Assembly (NCBI GenBank): GCA_963674865.2
Contig: CAXXYE010000008.1
Coordinates: forward strand, 32,001 to 96,000
DNA length: 64,000 bases
Reading direction: 5' to 3'
From: Candidatus Hydrogenedentota bacterium
GTDB taxonomy: Bacteria; Hydrogenedentota; Hydrogenedentia; Hydrogenedentales; SLHB01
In this document: piece by piece, positions 1 through 9,040 of the stretch
How positions within the stretch are numbered: the first letter of the stretch is position 1
Layout: each line of letters opens with the position of its first letter
The notes under the pieces: model-generated
What the model saw: the letters and a program-made list of their open reading frames with translations, nothing else
Database searches by the model: none
What the model was told of the DNA's origin: nothing
Position numbers and translations under genes: made by a program

Positions 1-950
1 AAGTCGATTTTGATGCCGATGGAGGCAAAGAAGATGGGCACGAAGACCGCGTGAACCATCTGTGTAATGGTTTCACGCGATTGCTCGGAGACTTCCGGCG
101 CATTCCCTGCCATCACGCCCGCGAGGAAGAAACCGAGGATCGCGTGGACGCCGATCCACTGAGTGATGGCGCCGCACAACACGCCCAGACAGCAGATGAA
201 GGTCAGCATGATACCGGGGCCGGCCATTTCGTGTTGATGAAGCTGCCTCGTCACCGACCCGACGAGTTTGCTGCCGACGGTGAGGCAGATGGCGCCGAAG
301 AAGGTGATTTCCAGCAGCACCCACAGGACGTTATGGATGCCGGCGCCGCTGTCTGTACTCATGCCGAGGACGAGGGCGAAGATCATCCAGCCCAGCAGGT
401 CATTGATGATGAACGCCGAGAGCGTTGTCAGCCCGAGGTCGCTCTTGAGGACGTCGAGATCATGCAGGACCTTCGCGATGACGGGAATGGCGCTGATGGC
501 CGCGGCCGTCGCCATGAAAAGCGTGAATGTAAGCTGGTTTGCGGCGGGGCCCCAGTAGCTTTCTGGCAGCCGGGCAAACGCGAGGCAGCCTACAGCAAAA
601 GGTAGGAACACGCCTACCGTAGCGATCTTCATGCACGCCTTGCCCTGCTTCCACACGGTCGAGACGCTCACCTCGAAACCCGTTGTGAGTAGCAGGAAGA
701 GCACGCCGAACCAGGCCACGGTGTCGAGCATAGTCTGCTGTATTGAATCCGCCGGGAAGAGCGCGCGGTCGACGTTCGGCATGAGCCGGCCGAGGATGGT
801 AGGCCCAAGCAAGATGCCCGTAAACAACTCCCCCACCAAGCCGGGCAGGCCCCATCGCTGGCCGAGTTGGCCCATCACTTTGGCGCAGGTGAGCAGGAGA
901 AATACCTCGACTAGGAAGATGAGGATATGCTCTTCGTTAAGGTAATGCAC
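1..950 (-). CDS. Cation:proton antiporter (CPA2/Na+/H+ exchanger family), 3' end beyond window start
   Basis: Manual translation from GTG at 950 (not in the ORF track): MHYLNEEHILIFLVEVFLLL...GLVGELFTGILLGPTILG...LLTTGFEV...AISAIPVIAKVLHDL...AFIINDLLGW...HAILGFFLAG...VFVPIFFASIG. These are typical CPA2 motifs with many TM helices. Confidence 0.9.
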   Translation of the reverse strand, partial: MHYLNEEHILIFLVEVFLLLTCAKVMGQLGQRWGLPGLVGELFTGILLGPTILGRLMPNVDRALFPADSIQQTMLDTVAWFGVLFLLLTTGFEVSVSTVWKQGKACMKIATVGVFLPFAVGCLAFARLPESYWGPAANQLTFTLFMATAAAISAIPVIAKVLHDLDVLKSDLGLTTLSAFIINDLLGWMIFALVLGMSTDSGAGIHNVLWVLLEITFFGAICLTVGSKLVGSVTRQLHQHEMAGPGIMLTFICCLGVLCGAITQWIGVHAILGFFLAGVMAGNAPEVSEQSRETITQMVHAVFVPIFFASIGIKID

Positions 951-1063
951 CGGCCTACTCCGTCGCTCCGGCAGTGAAAGCGCCGCGATATGGCGCACCG
1001 CGCGTCACAAACACATACTAGGGCACCTTGCGGCAGGGCGCAACCGTCTCGCCCCCGGTACGG

Positions 1064-1570
1064 CTAGGCAAGACGGCTTCGGGACACCGTCTGCTCCGTC
1101 CGGATGACGCCGCTGGTTTCGTGGATAGCGGCACGTACATCATCCGGCTCGATAGATACGACGGCGAACGATGGCGCCCCCCCGCGTTGAGAGCGGTTGA
1201 GATGCCCCGGATTCACATATAGGCTTGCACCAAGAGGCTCAATTCTCGCTTCGTGCGTGTGGCCCGTCAGGATAAGAGACGCCGCCCGCTCGACGTGCCG
1301 GAGGTCCTTCGCCGCGTGGGCACAGGCCACCGTCAGCCCGCCGATCTCATCCCGCAGCCGCTTCGGAATCGACGCCATTTGGTAGGCGGAACACCACAAG
1401 CCGGGCACCATCCGCACGGGATAGCCCGCAAAGGCCAGTTCTTCAGCGTCCTCATAGTCATCCCCAAGGTGGTAGATGAGATCGACTTCCAAGTCCTTCT
1501 GCATAAGTTCCGCTACCTGGAACATCAGCCGGCGGTTGCCGTGAGTATCGCTCATCACGCCAAGAATCAT
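1064..1570 (-). CDS. YfcE/MJ0936-type metallophosphoesterase
   Basis: SDTHGN, HLGDD, TGHTH and VNPG motifs. Start moved to MILGVMSD (alternative ATG at 1585). Confidence 0.85.
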   Translation of the reverse strand: MILGVMSDTHGNRRLMFQVAELMQKDLEVDLIYHLGDDYEDAEELAFAGYPVRMVPGLWCSAYQMASIPKRLRDEIGGLTVACAHAAKDLRHVERAASLILTGHTHEARIEPLGASLYVNPGHLNRSQRGGAPSFAVVSIEPDDVRAAIHETSGVIRTEQTVSRSRLA

Positions 1571-1885
1571 GCCGGGAGTATACATGAGGTAGAACCCGAA
1601 ACGCGCCCCCGCAAATGCTCCGGATCGCCGCCCCTCATGTTCGCGGCTGACCGCGTTATATAGTGGTTCCTTGACAAGTGGCCACAGCATGAAGTGGTTT
1701 TGCGCTGGTGGGGCGAGGCCGCACGCGGAGGCTGAGCCTCCAGCGTCGTTCGCGACGTGTCCTGGCTCACTCTTGCGCCGGCGTGGCGTTTCGCATATTC
1801 TTGGGGGCGCTGGTTGGATGGAGAATGAGGGCAAGCGTCCTCGCGTGAGCCGCGCGATGCGGCCGGAGAAAGGGGGAGGAGGCGC

Positions 1886-2698
1886 ATGGCGTTGCTAGGG
1901 AGCTGTTGGCGCGCAGCGTGGTTGAGCCTTGTCCTTGCGGCGGCTGTCCTTTGCGGGTGTCCCGGGCCCAAACCGCCCCAGGAGACACCCGTCTACGGCT
2001 ATCGCGTTGTGAATACATATTCGCATGACCCCGGGGCGTTTACGCAGGGCCTTGTGTTCACCGACGGCGTTTTGTACGAGAGCACCGGCCTTTACGGGCG
2101 CTCCTCGGTGCGCCGCGTAGACCTGGAATTCGGCGAGGTGCTTCAGCAGCGCGATCTGGCTGGTGAGTACTTCGGCGAAGGACTTGCAGTCGTCGGCGAC
2201 AGACTCATCCAGCTCACCTGGCGGAACTACGTTGGATTTGTCTACGACAGAACCACTTTCGAGCCGTTGAGCGAGTTCCAGTACGCAACGGAGGGGTGGG
2301 GCCTAGCGTATGACGGCACACGCCTCATCATGAGCGACGGCTCATCGACGCTCTACTTTCTAAATCCTGATACATTAGCGGAGACTGGGCAGATCGGCGT
2401 CCGCGAGAACGGGTTGGCTGTCGAGCGTTTGAATGAACTCGAGTACGTTGAGGGCGAGATCTACGCCAATATCTGGCAGCAAGACCGCATCGCGCGTATC
2501 GATCCCGACACAGGCCAGATTCTCGGCTGGATCGATCTGTCGGGCATCCTTCCGGCGGAGGACCGCACCGGCGCCGAAGATGTGCTTAACGGCATTGCCT
2601 ACGACGAGGAGAGCGGCCGGCTATTCGTTACGGGCAAACTCTGGCCTAAGCTCTTTGAAATCGAGCTTGTCTCTCCCACATCGCTTGCCCAGCCTTAA
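1886..2698 (+). CDS. Glutaminyl-peptide cyclotransferase (type I glutaminyl cyclase), probable lipoprotein
   Basis: HDPGAFTQGL, ESTGLYG, FGEGL, QLTW, EGWGL, LNELE, ANIW, VLNGIAY and VTGKLWP motifs; lipobox-like VLCG-C. Confidence 0.93.
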   Translation: MALLGSCWRAAWLSLVLAAAVLCGCPGPKPPQETPVYGYRVVNTYSHDPGAFTQGLVFTDGVLYESTGLYGRSSVRRVDLEFGEVLQQRDLAGEYFGEGLAVVGDRLIQLTWRNYVGFVYDRTTFEPLSEFQYATEGWGLAYDGTRLIMSDGSSTLYFLNPDTLAETGQIGVRENGLAVERLNELEYVEGEIYANIWQQDRIARIDPDTGQILGWIDLSGILPAEDRTGAEDVLNGIAYDEESGRLFVTGKLWPKLFEIELVSPTSLAQP

Positions 2699-2809
2699 CT
2701 GAGCCTGGGCGCGGTTGCCGGGGCCTCCTTGGCCCTATTCTTCGCGTTCCCGGATATGATATCGCCCGTCATACCGGGTAAAATGGGCCGTGCACTATAG
2801 GATTAGGCC

Positions 2810-4930
2810 ATGTCTCTCCGGCTCAAAACAGAAGTCATACTCATCAGCGTCATCGGCGTTTACGCGGCGCTTCTATACGCTTTCCAGCGGGAGGTGGTGG
2901 GGGCGCGGCTGGTTGCGTTGGAGCGGGGGAGGGCGATCGACGATCTGCGGCGCGTCGTTGCGGCCCTGGAAGATGAGACGCTTGAGTTGGAGCGGCTCTG
3001 TTTGGCTTGGCCCGAGGCCGCGATCGGCAACGCTCAGGGCGAGGCCCGGACGTTTGTTACTACCCTCACGCCAAGCGCTGCCAAGAAAGATCGCCTTGAC
3101 CTTATCTGCCGGCTTTCTCACGACGGACGGATTCTGAGTCGGACGTCGCTTGATCACACAACGGGCGAGCCCATCACTATCGACATCTTTGCCGGGGATG
3201 CGCTGCCTCCGGGCTACGAGAAGCTTGTTGAATCCGGCGCGAATAAGGCTGTATCCGGCATATTGATGACAAGTCTAGGCCCTTTGGTGGTGGCGGCCAG
3301 GCCGCTGGTTCGTCAGGATGCGGCGGATACCGCTCCCGGCCCTGCGAGTCTCTTCGTTATCGGCCGGCTTCTCGATACGAATCTCATCCGCAATATTGCC
3401 ACCCGCGCCAGGCTGGCCGTTCATCTTTATCCTTTGGACGCTGTGGCGCTCGCCCCGGATGAAAGAGACGCGCTGGGCCGCATTTCCGAGGTGAACCGGT
3501 ACGTCACGCGTGAAGCGGAGGAAAACATCCTCCGCGTGTACACGACGCTGCTCGATGTCTACGGCGTTCCGGCCGTCTTGCTCCGTGCCGACGTGCCGCG
3601 GGATATCACCGCCGCGGGGGCCGGGGCGTTCCGCGTCGCGCGCCGGGCCTCGCTGGTGGCCGGAGCCGTGGCGTTGCTTCTCGCGGTGGTACTGCTTAGC
3701 CACACCGTGATAGGCCCTCTCGCACGACTCTCCCGGCATGTCGCGGCCATTGGGAAGACGGGCGAACTCAGTGTGCACCTCCCGATGGCCAGGAAAGACG
3801 AAATTGGTGCTCTGGCGCGTGATTTCAATACGATGGTTCGCCGTCTCCAGCGTGACATGGCGGAGCGGCAGCGGGCCGAAACGGCTCTTCGAAGCAGCGA
3901 GGCCCGCGTGCGGGCTATCCTTCAATCCGCCCCCGACGGGATGATTACGCTTGACGACAAGGGCCTTGTCGAGTCGTTCAATCCGGCGGCGGAATCGATC
4001 TTCGGTTACGGGGCGGAGGAAATGGTTGGCCAGTCCATCCGTGGCCTTGTGCCTGAGCTTGAGCAGGGCGACGTCGATGTCTGCGCGTGGCTGCTGGAAG
4101 AACACAGCGATGGCCCCGCGGCCGGCGAGGTCGTAGGCGTGCGGAAGGATGGCGCCACGTTTCCGATGCACGTTACGGCAAGTGAGGTGCCTCTCGGTGA
4201 TCGCCGGATCTTCATCATGATTGTCCGCGATATCACGGAACTCAAGCAGATGCACGAAAGGGTGCTTCAATCGGAGCATCTGGCCATGATCGGTGAGATG
4301 GGGGCCTCCATGGCCCATGAAATCCGCAATCCCCTCGCCGGTATCAGCGGCGCAATTCAAGTTCTCAGAGACTCTCTCGATGTGGCCGACGAGCGCCGCG
4401 ATATCACCGGCGAGATTCTCGAACAAGTTCTGCGCGTAGAAGATACGATCCGGGCTTTGCTCATGTTCACCAAATCCCTCGCGCCGCAGAAGACGTCCTG
4501 CAACTTGAAGGCGTGTGTCGAACGAGTCACAAGCCAAGCGCTGAAACAGCCTTTGGCGCGCGATATTCGGCTTTCGTTCGAGGGAGATGCCGACATAACC
4601 GCCCCGCTTGATGAGACGCTCTTCGCCCAAGTGATCTGGAACGTTCTCAATAACGCGGTACAGGCCATGCCTGACGGGGGCGAGATCCGATGCGCCTTCT
4701 ATGAGACGCCCGAGAAGGCTGTTGTCGAAATCGCCGACACGGGGCCCGGTGTCGCTCCCCAAGTGCGCGACACCGTGTTTCGCCCTTTTATCACAACCAG
4801 GGCGCAAGGTACTGGACTTGGCTTGGCCGTCTGTCGGAAAATCATCGAGGCCCATGAAGGCAAGATAGCGATCGGTGTCGGGCCGAACGGCGGCACGCGG
4901 GTGACCGTCGCGTTGCCTAAGGGAGGATAG
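2810..4930 (+). CDS. Sensor histidine kinase, CHASE4-like/HAMP/PAS/HisKA/HATPase
   Basis: Two TM segments, HAMP (KDEIGALARDFN), PAS (FNPAAESIFGY), H-box AHEIRNPL, N-box NAVQAM, DTGPG and GTGLGL. Confidence 0.93.
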   Translation: MSLRLKTEVILISVIGVYAALLYAFQREVVGARLVALERGRAIDDLRRVVAALEDETLELERLCLAWPEAAIGNAQGEARTFVTTLTPSAAKKDRLDLICRLSHDGRILSRTSLDHTTGEPITIDIFAGDALPPGYEKLVESGANKAVSGILMTSLGPLVVAARPLVRQDAADTAPGPASLFVIGRLLDTNLIRNIATRARLAVHLYPLDAVALAPDERDALGRISEVNRYVTREAEENILRVYTTLLDVYGVPAVLLRADVPRDITAAGAGAFRVARRASLVAGAVALLLAVVLLSHTVIGPLARLSRHVAAIGKTGELSVHLPMARKDEIGALARDFNTMVRRLQRDMAERQRAETALRSSEARVRAILQSAPDGMITLDDKGLVESFNPAAESIFGYGAEEMVGQSIRGLVPELEQGDVDVCAWLLEEHSDGPAAGEVVGVRKDGATFPMHVTASEVPLGDRRIFIMIVRDITELKQMHERVLQSEHLAMIGEMGASMAHEIRNPLAGISGAIQVLRDSLDVADERRDITGEILEQVLRVEDTIRALLMFTKSLAPQKTSCNLKACVERVTSQALKQPLARDIRLSFEGDADITAPLDETLFAQVIWNVLNNAVQAMPDGGEIRCAFYETPEKAVVEIADTGPGVAPQVRDTVFRPFITTRAQGTGLGLAVCRKIIEAHEGKIAIGVGPNGGTRVTVALPKGG

Positions 4931-4931
4931 C

Positions 4932-6302
4932 ATGACTCAGCGCATTTTGGTGGTGGACGACGAGCGGCTGATCCGTTGGTCCTTGCGTGAACGGCTTACC
5001 GCCGAGGGATACGACGTTCTCGAGGCGGCCGATGGCGCCGGCGCGAAACGGATCATCGACGAGGAGGAATTCGACGCCGCTCTTTTGGACCTTCGCCTCC
5101 CCGACGCCGATGGCGCTGACCTTGTCGAGAGGGTCCACGACGTAATGCCGCACGTGCCCGTTATCGTCATCACGGCCTATTCGAGCATCGACAGTGCCGT
5201 TCGAGTCATGAAGGCCGGCGCCATCGATTACATTGCCAAGCCTTTCGATATGGATGACCTGGCAAGCGTGGTGCGACGGGCCATCGAGGCCGCCGAGCAA
5301 CAGGGCCGTGCGGGGCGTGGTGAGCGGCCGCTTCAGCCTTTCGGCCTAGAAGAGGTGATCGGCGAGACAGAAGCGATGGTGGACCTGAGGAGTCAGGTGC
5401 GCCAAGTCGCGATGAGCGAGGCCGACACCGCCCTGCTTCAGGGGGAGAGCGGGGCCGGCAAGCGTTTCATCGCGCACGCCATCCATTTCGAATCCGGGCG
5501 GACCGACCGGCCGTTCTTGCAGCTCCAATGCACGGGCATGCCCGAGAGCCTGCTCGAGTCCACGCTGTTCGGTATTGAGAATACGCCCGCGATGTCCATG
5601 GCCGGGCCGAAGGAAGGCCTACTCGAACTGGCCTCCGGCGGGACAATTCTCCTGAATGATGTGGCTGATCTTCCTTTGTCCATCCAGGAGAAGCTCCTGG
5701 CTGTCCTGGAAACCGGCGCCTTCATGCGGATGTCAGGAACCGAAGCGATTCCCCTCGACGTGCGCGTGCTTGCGGCCACGTGCAGGCGCCTCGAGCCGCT
5801 GGTTGAGGAGGGGCTGTTTCGCCGTGAGCTGTTTTACCGCCTCACCGTTGTTCGCATCGAGATTCCACCCCTGAGGCAGCGAGCGGGGGATATCCCGCTT
5901 CTCGCACGGCACTTCCTGCAGCGCTACGGCCGGACGCCTGCCCGGAAACTGACGGGATTCTCATCCGACGCACTGGGGAGACTTGATCAGTATGACTGGC
6001 CGGGCAACGTCCGCGAGTTGCGCGATGTTATCCGCAATGTCGCCCTTGTCGCGCAGCAGCCTGTTATTACCGCCGAGCACATCGAGTTGGGCCGGGCCGT
6101 CCTGCGCGACCTCCCCCGCGCCGCAGAGTACACCGTGCAGCTCCCCACTTCCGGCTGCGACCTCGCCGACATCGAGAAGGCCCTTGTGCGCCAGGCCCTC
6201 ATTCGCGCCGACTGGAACCAGTCCCGGGCGGCACGGCTTCTCGGCGTCTCCCGCGATCAAGTCCGCTACAAGATGGCCAAATTCGGCATCAAGCAAGCTT
6301 AG
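4932..6302 (+). CDS. NtrC-family response regulator (REC-AAA+-Fis HTH) with degenerate AAA+ motifs
   Basis: REC (VVDDE, LLDLRLPD, AKPF), GESGAGK, WPGNVREL and HTH NQSRAARLLG. GAFTGA is absent. Starts 1 nt after the kinase stop. Confidence 0.92.
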   Translation: MTQRILVVDDERLIRWSLRERLTAEGYDVLEAADGAGAKRIIDEEEFDAALLDLRLPDADGADLVERVHDVMPHVPVIVITAYSSIDSAVRVMKAGAIDYIAKPFDMDDLASVVRRAIEAAEQQGRAGRGERPLQPFGLEEVIGETEAMVDLRSQVRQVAMSEADTALLQGESGAGKRFIAHAIHFESGRTDRPFLQLQCTGMPESLLESTLFGIENTPAMSMAGPKEGLLELASGGTILLNDVADLPLSIQEKLLAVLETGAFMRMSGTEAIPLDVRVLAATCRRLEPLVEEGLFRRELFYRLTVVRIEIPPLRQRAGDIPLLARHFLQRYGRTPARKLTGFSSDALGRLDQYDWPGNVRELRDVIRNVALVAQQPVITAEHIELGRAVLRDLPRAAEYTVQLPTSGCDLADIEKALVRQALIRADWNQSRAARLLGVSRDQVRYKMAKFGIKQA

Positions 6303-6407
6303 GCCGAATGGCTCACCCGTAGCTGTCTGCGCACTTCGCGCGGCTACAACTCTCCTTTGAAAGCGCGGTCGAGGATGCTGGATAGCAGGGCGTCGAGTTC
6401 GGCAGCG

Positions 6408-6485
6408 GTGCAGGCTTCCAGCCTGTTCCCGCTTACTCAACTTCCGACGTCTTCTTAACGCCGCGTACAGCAAGGCTTGCAGTCT
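6408..6485. repeat. REP-like palindrome pair between convergent genes
   Basis: CAGGC-TTCCA-GCCTG at 6411-6425 and a degenerate inverted copy AGGCTTGCAGTCT at 6473-6485. Confidence 0.4.
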
Positions 6486-6521
6486 ATTGACCACATCCCG
6501 CGGCCTGTCCGGGGCGCTTCC

Positions 6522-7847
6522 TCAGATGTCGATGCTCTTGAATTGGGGAAGGTAGTCGCGGTTTTTCTTGAGCATGGCGGCGGTCATCTTCTTGATCTCG
6601 GCCAGGGATAGCACGGCAGCCGTCAGCGGATCGTAGGCGATGGCTTGGAACACGAGGCGGGGGTCGCCGGTGAGGGCCGCCTCGACGGCCATTTCCTCGG
6701 AGGCGATGGTGACGTTGTTGAGGGCCGCGCACTGGATCGGCAGCGGCCCGACGTGCATCGGATTGAATCCGCGCTTGTTTGCCACGACGGGCACCTCGAC
6801 GCACGCGTCTTCCGGCAGGTTCGGAATGAGGCCGGTGTTGGGGACATTGCCGTTGAACTGGTAGGGCTCGCCGCCCACGAAGGCGTTCATGATATGGGCG
6901 GCGTATTCGTGCCCTCGCTCGAGCGATATGGGCGCGCCCTGGGCGAACCACTTCTTGACCTCGCTCTTCCAGGTGCGCTCTTTCCGCTGGTATTGCTTCA
7001 GGATGTAGGCATAGTGGCCGGGATTCCACCCCGTACCGTCGGTGCAGTACTTCTCGATGAGGTCCGGGCGTTTCCGAAACCACCAGTTGTACTCGCTGTT
7101 GTGCCCGCTGGACTCGGTGACGTAGTAGTCGAGATGCAGGAACATCTCATTGCGGACTTGCTCGTGGTTGTAGATCTTCTTGCGCTTGACCGCCTTGCGA
7201 ATGAGGGGGTAGGCGTCCTTGCCGTTCCACTTGTATTCGATGAACCAGGCCAAGTGGTTGATCCCGGCGCAGACGTAGGTGATCTCGTCCATCGGGGCGC
7301 CGATCCAGCTCGCGAGCATGCCCGCCGTGCCCTGGACGCTATGGCACAGGCCGGAGACTTGGATGCTCGATGAACGCTGCATGGCGCGGCACAGCATAGC
7401 CATGGGATTGGTGTAATTGAGGAGGATCGCGTCGGGGCAGTAGCGCTCCATATCCTTACAGATGTCCACCATGACGGGGATAGTGCGAAGGGCGCGGAAG
7501 ATGCCGCTCGGGCCGCGCGTATCACCGACATTGGTGTCAACGCCGAACCGCTTGGGAATCTCGATGTCGTGGCGCCAGATGTCCACGCCGCCGGACAGGA
7601 TTGTGCAGCAGACGGCGTCGGCTCCCTTGAGGGCCGTTTTGCGATCGAGGGTCGCCTCGACCTTGGCGGGATAGTCCCCGCGCTCGATGATCGTGCTGAC
7701 GGCGCGGTACGCGAAATCGAGCCGCTCCTTGTCGATATCCATGAGGGAGATGGTTGCGTCTCTCAACAGGGGAAACGTGAGCACATCCCGCACCAATCCT
7801 CGTGTAAAACCCAGACTCCCGGCCCCGATGAACGCGATCTTCGCCAT
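6522..7847 (-). CDS. melA: NAD+/Mn2+-dependent alpha-galactosidase, GH4
   Basis: [35 protein letters not shown] and [10 protein letters not shown] motifs. Confidence 0.93.
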   Translation of the reverse strand: MAKIAFIGAGSLGFTRGLVRDVLTFPLLRDATISLMDIDKERLDFAYRAVSTIIERGDYPAKVEATLDRKTALKGADAVCCTILSGGVDIWRHDIEIPKRFGVDTNVGDTRGPSGIFRALRTIPVMVDICKDMERYCPDAILLNYTNPMAMLCRAMQRSSSIQVSGLCHSVQGTAGMLASWIGAPMDEITYVCAGINHLAWFIEYKWNGKDAYPLIRKAVKRKKIYNHEQVRNEMFLHLDYYVTESSGHNSEYNWWFRKRPDLIEKYCTDGTGWNPGHYAYILKQYQRKERTWKSEVKKWFAQGAPISLERGHEYAAHIMNAFVGGEPYQFNGNVPNTGLIPNLPEDACVEVPVVANKRGFNPMHVGPLPIQCAALNNVTIASEEMAVEAALTGDPRLVFQAIAYDPLTAAVLSLAEIKKMTAAMLKKNRDYLPQFKSIDI

Positions 7848-7910
7848 GACGGCTTCTCCCTACTATGCATCTCCATCTGTGAACGGAACTTCCCGCAGCA
7901 AACAGGCGGC

Positions 7911-7939
7911 ATTATCCCCGGCGGGGGACGGTGAGTCAA
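7911..7939 (-). promoter_or_regulatory. Sigma70-type promoter of melA
   Basis: TTGACT-17 nt-GATAAT on the minus strand, about 65 nt upstream of the melA ATG. Confidence 0.6.
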
Positions 7940-7965
7940 CGCAAATCGCAGGGGTCGGGAGGCGA

Positions 7966-9018
7966 CTATCTGTGAATCGTTCCGATGCGGAGCCAGGCGG
8001 TGGTGTTGCTGGTAGCGGATTCGACATTCTCGCCACCGAGGGCATAGAGCTTATCGCCGATGAGGACAACGCGGATATCGTTGGTGGGCATGGGAAGTAG
8101 GCCGGGAAGTACCGTCCAACGGTCGGTCTTCGTGTCGTAGACGAGCACGAAGGGGCAATAATACGATTCGTTTCGCTCGGTGTTTTCGCACTTTGAACTC
8201 ATTTTGGGCGTGAAATCGCCGGTTTCGGCCGCGCCGCCCACGACGATGATATAGCGGTCGCCGTAGACGCAGGCGTCCATGCCCGAAAGCCGGTAGGGCA
8301 TGGGGGCTCTCGTCTGCCATTCCTCGGAGGCCGGGTCGTAGCACAAGGTTTCGTCGAGGCGCTTGCGGTCGGGGCCATCGGCCGGCTTCGGTGTGAAGAA
8401 GTGGGCGCCGCCGAAGATGTACGCCCTTCCTCCCGCGGCCGCGGCGCCGAGCCATCCGCGCGATTCGCCGGGAATGGGCGCGACGCGCTGCCAGCCCCTT
8501 TCGGGCCGGGCCGTGTCGAGCATTTCGGCGCTCGAAAGGGTAGGCCCGTGGCCGCTTTCGGCGCCGCCGAAGGCGAATAACCTACTTCCCACCGCGACGC
8601 TGGGAGGCCATCCGCGGGCGTCGTTCAGGCTCGGGGCGTCCCGCCACTCGTAGCCCGCCGGAGTGGTTTTGAGGACGTAACACTGCTGACGCACCTGTCC
8701 TTTCCTGCCGCCGATGGCGTAGAAAGCGCCGCCGCACTCTGTGCCTTGCACGTAGCACTGGCCCACGGGGCCGTCCGGGCCGCGGGTCCACCACTGTGTG
8801 GCGGGGTCGTAGACGTACATGGTGTCCATCTCACCCCAGGGATAGCGCATGCCAAAGACGGAGACGACTTTGCCGTCGAGGGCTGCCGCGCATCCGCCTT
8901 TGCGGAATTCAGGCAGGTTGGGCCCCAAGGTCCACGTGATGTCGGTGATGCCGGCATCAGGGGCATCGTCCGCGCCCGCGGCTATCCCCGCAATCAGGCA
9001 AAGGACTACTCCGCTCAT
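7966..9018 (-). CDS. Secreted Kelch-repeat beta-propeller protein (NanM/galactose-oxidase-like)
   Basis: Repeated YxxGG...YDP...W units; signal-peptide-like MSGVVLCLIAGIAAGA after an SD (GAGGAGG). Confidence 0.85.
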   Translation of the reverse strand: MSGVVLCLIAGIAAGADDAPDAGITDITWTLGPNLPEFRKGGCAAALDGKVVSVFGMRYPWGEMDTMYVYDPATQWWTRGPDGPVGQCYVQGTECGGAFYAIGGRKGQVRQQCYVLKTTPAGYEWRDAPSLNDARGWPPSVAVGSRLFAFGGAESGHGPTLSSAEMLDTARPERGWQRVAPIPGESRGWLGAAAAGGRAYIFGGAHFFTPKPADGPDRKRLDETLCYDPASEEWQTRAPMPYRLSGMDACVYGDRYIIVVGGAAETGDFTPKMSSKCENTERNESYYCPFVLVYDTKTDRWTVLPGLLPMPTNDIRVVLIGDKLYALGGENVESATSNTTAWLRIGTIHR

Positions 9019-9040
9019 CGTATCCCCTCCTCGATTCCGC

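Noticed and set aside
51..945. Plus-strand ORFs at the window start
   Set aside because: Shadows of the minus-strand antiporter, which the ORF track missed because it runs off the edge.
3900..4250. FixL-type heme PAS sensor
   Set aside because: The PAS domain is present, but the heme-ligating His region is not (LVPELEQGDVD).
3275..4933. 552-aa antisense ORF, and many similar shadow ORFs (e.g. 35856-37124, 53417-54544)
   Set aside because: They lie opposite well-supported genes, have no motifs, and are expected in high-GC DNA.
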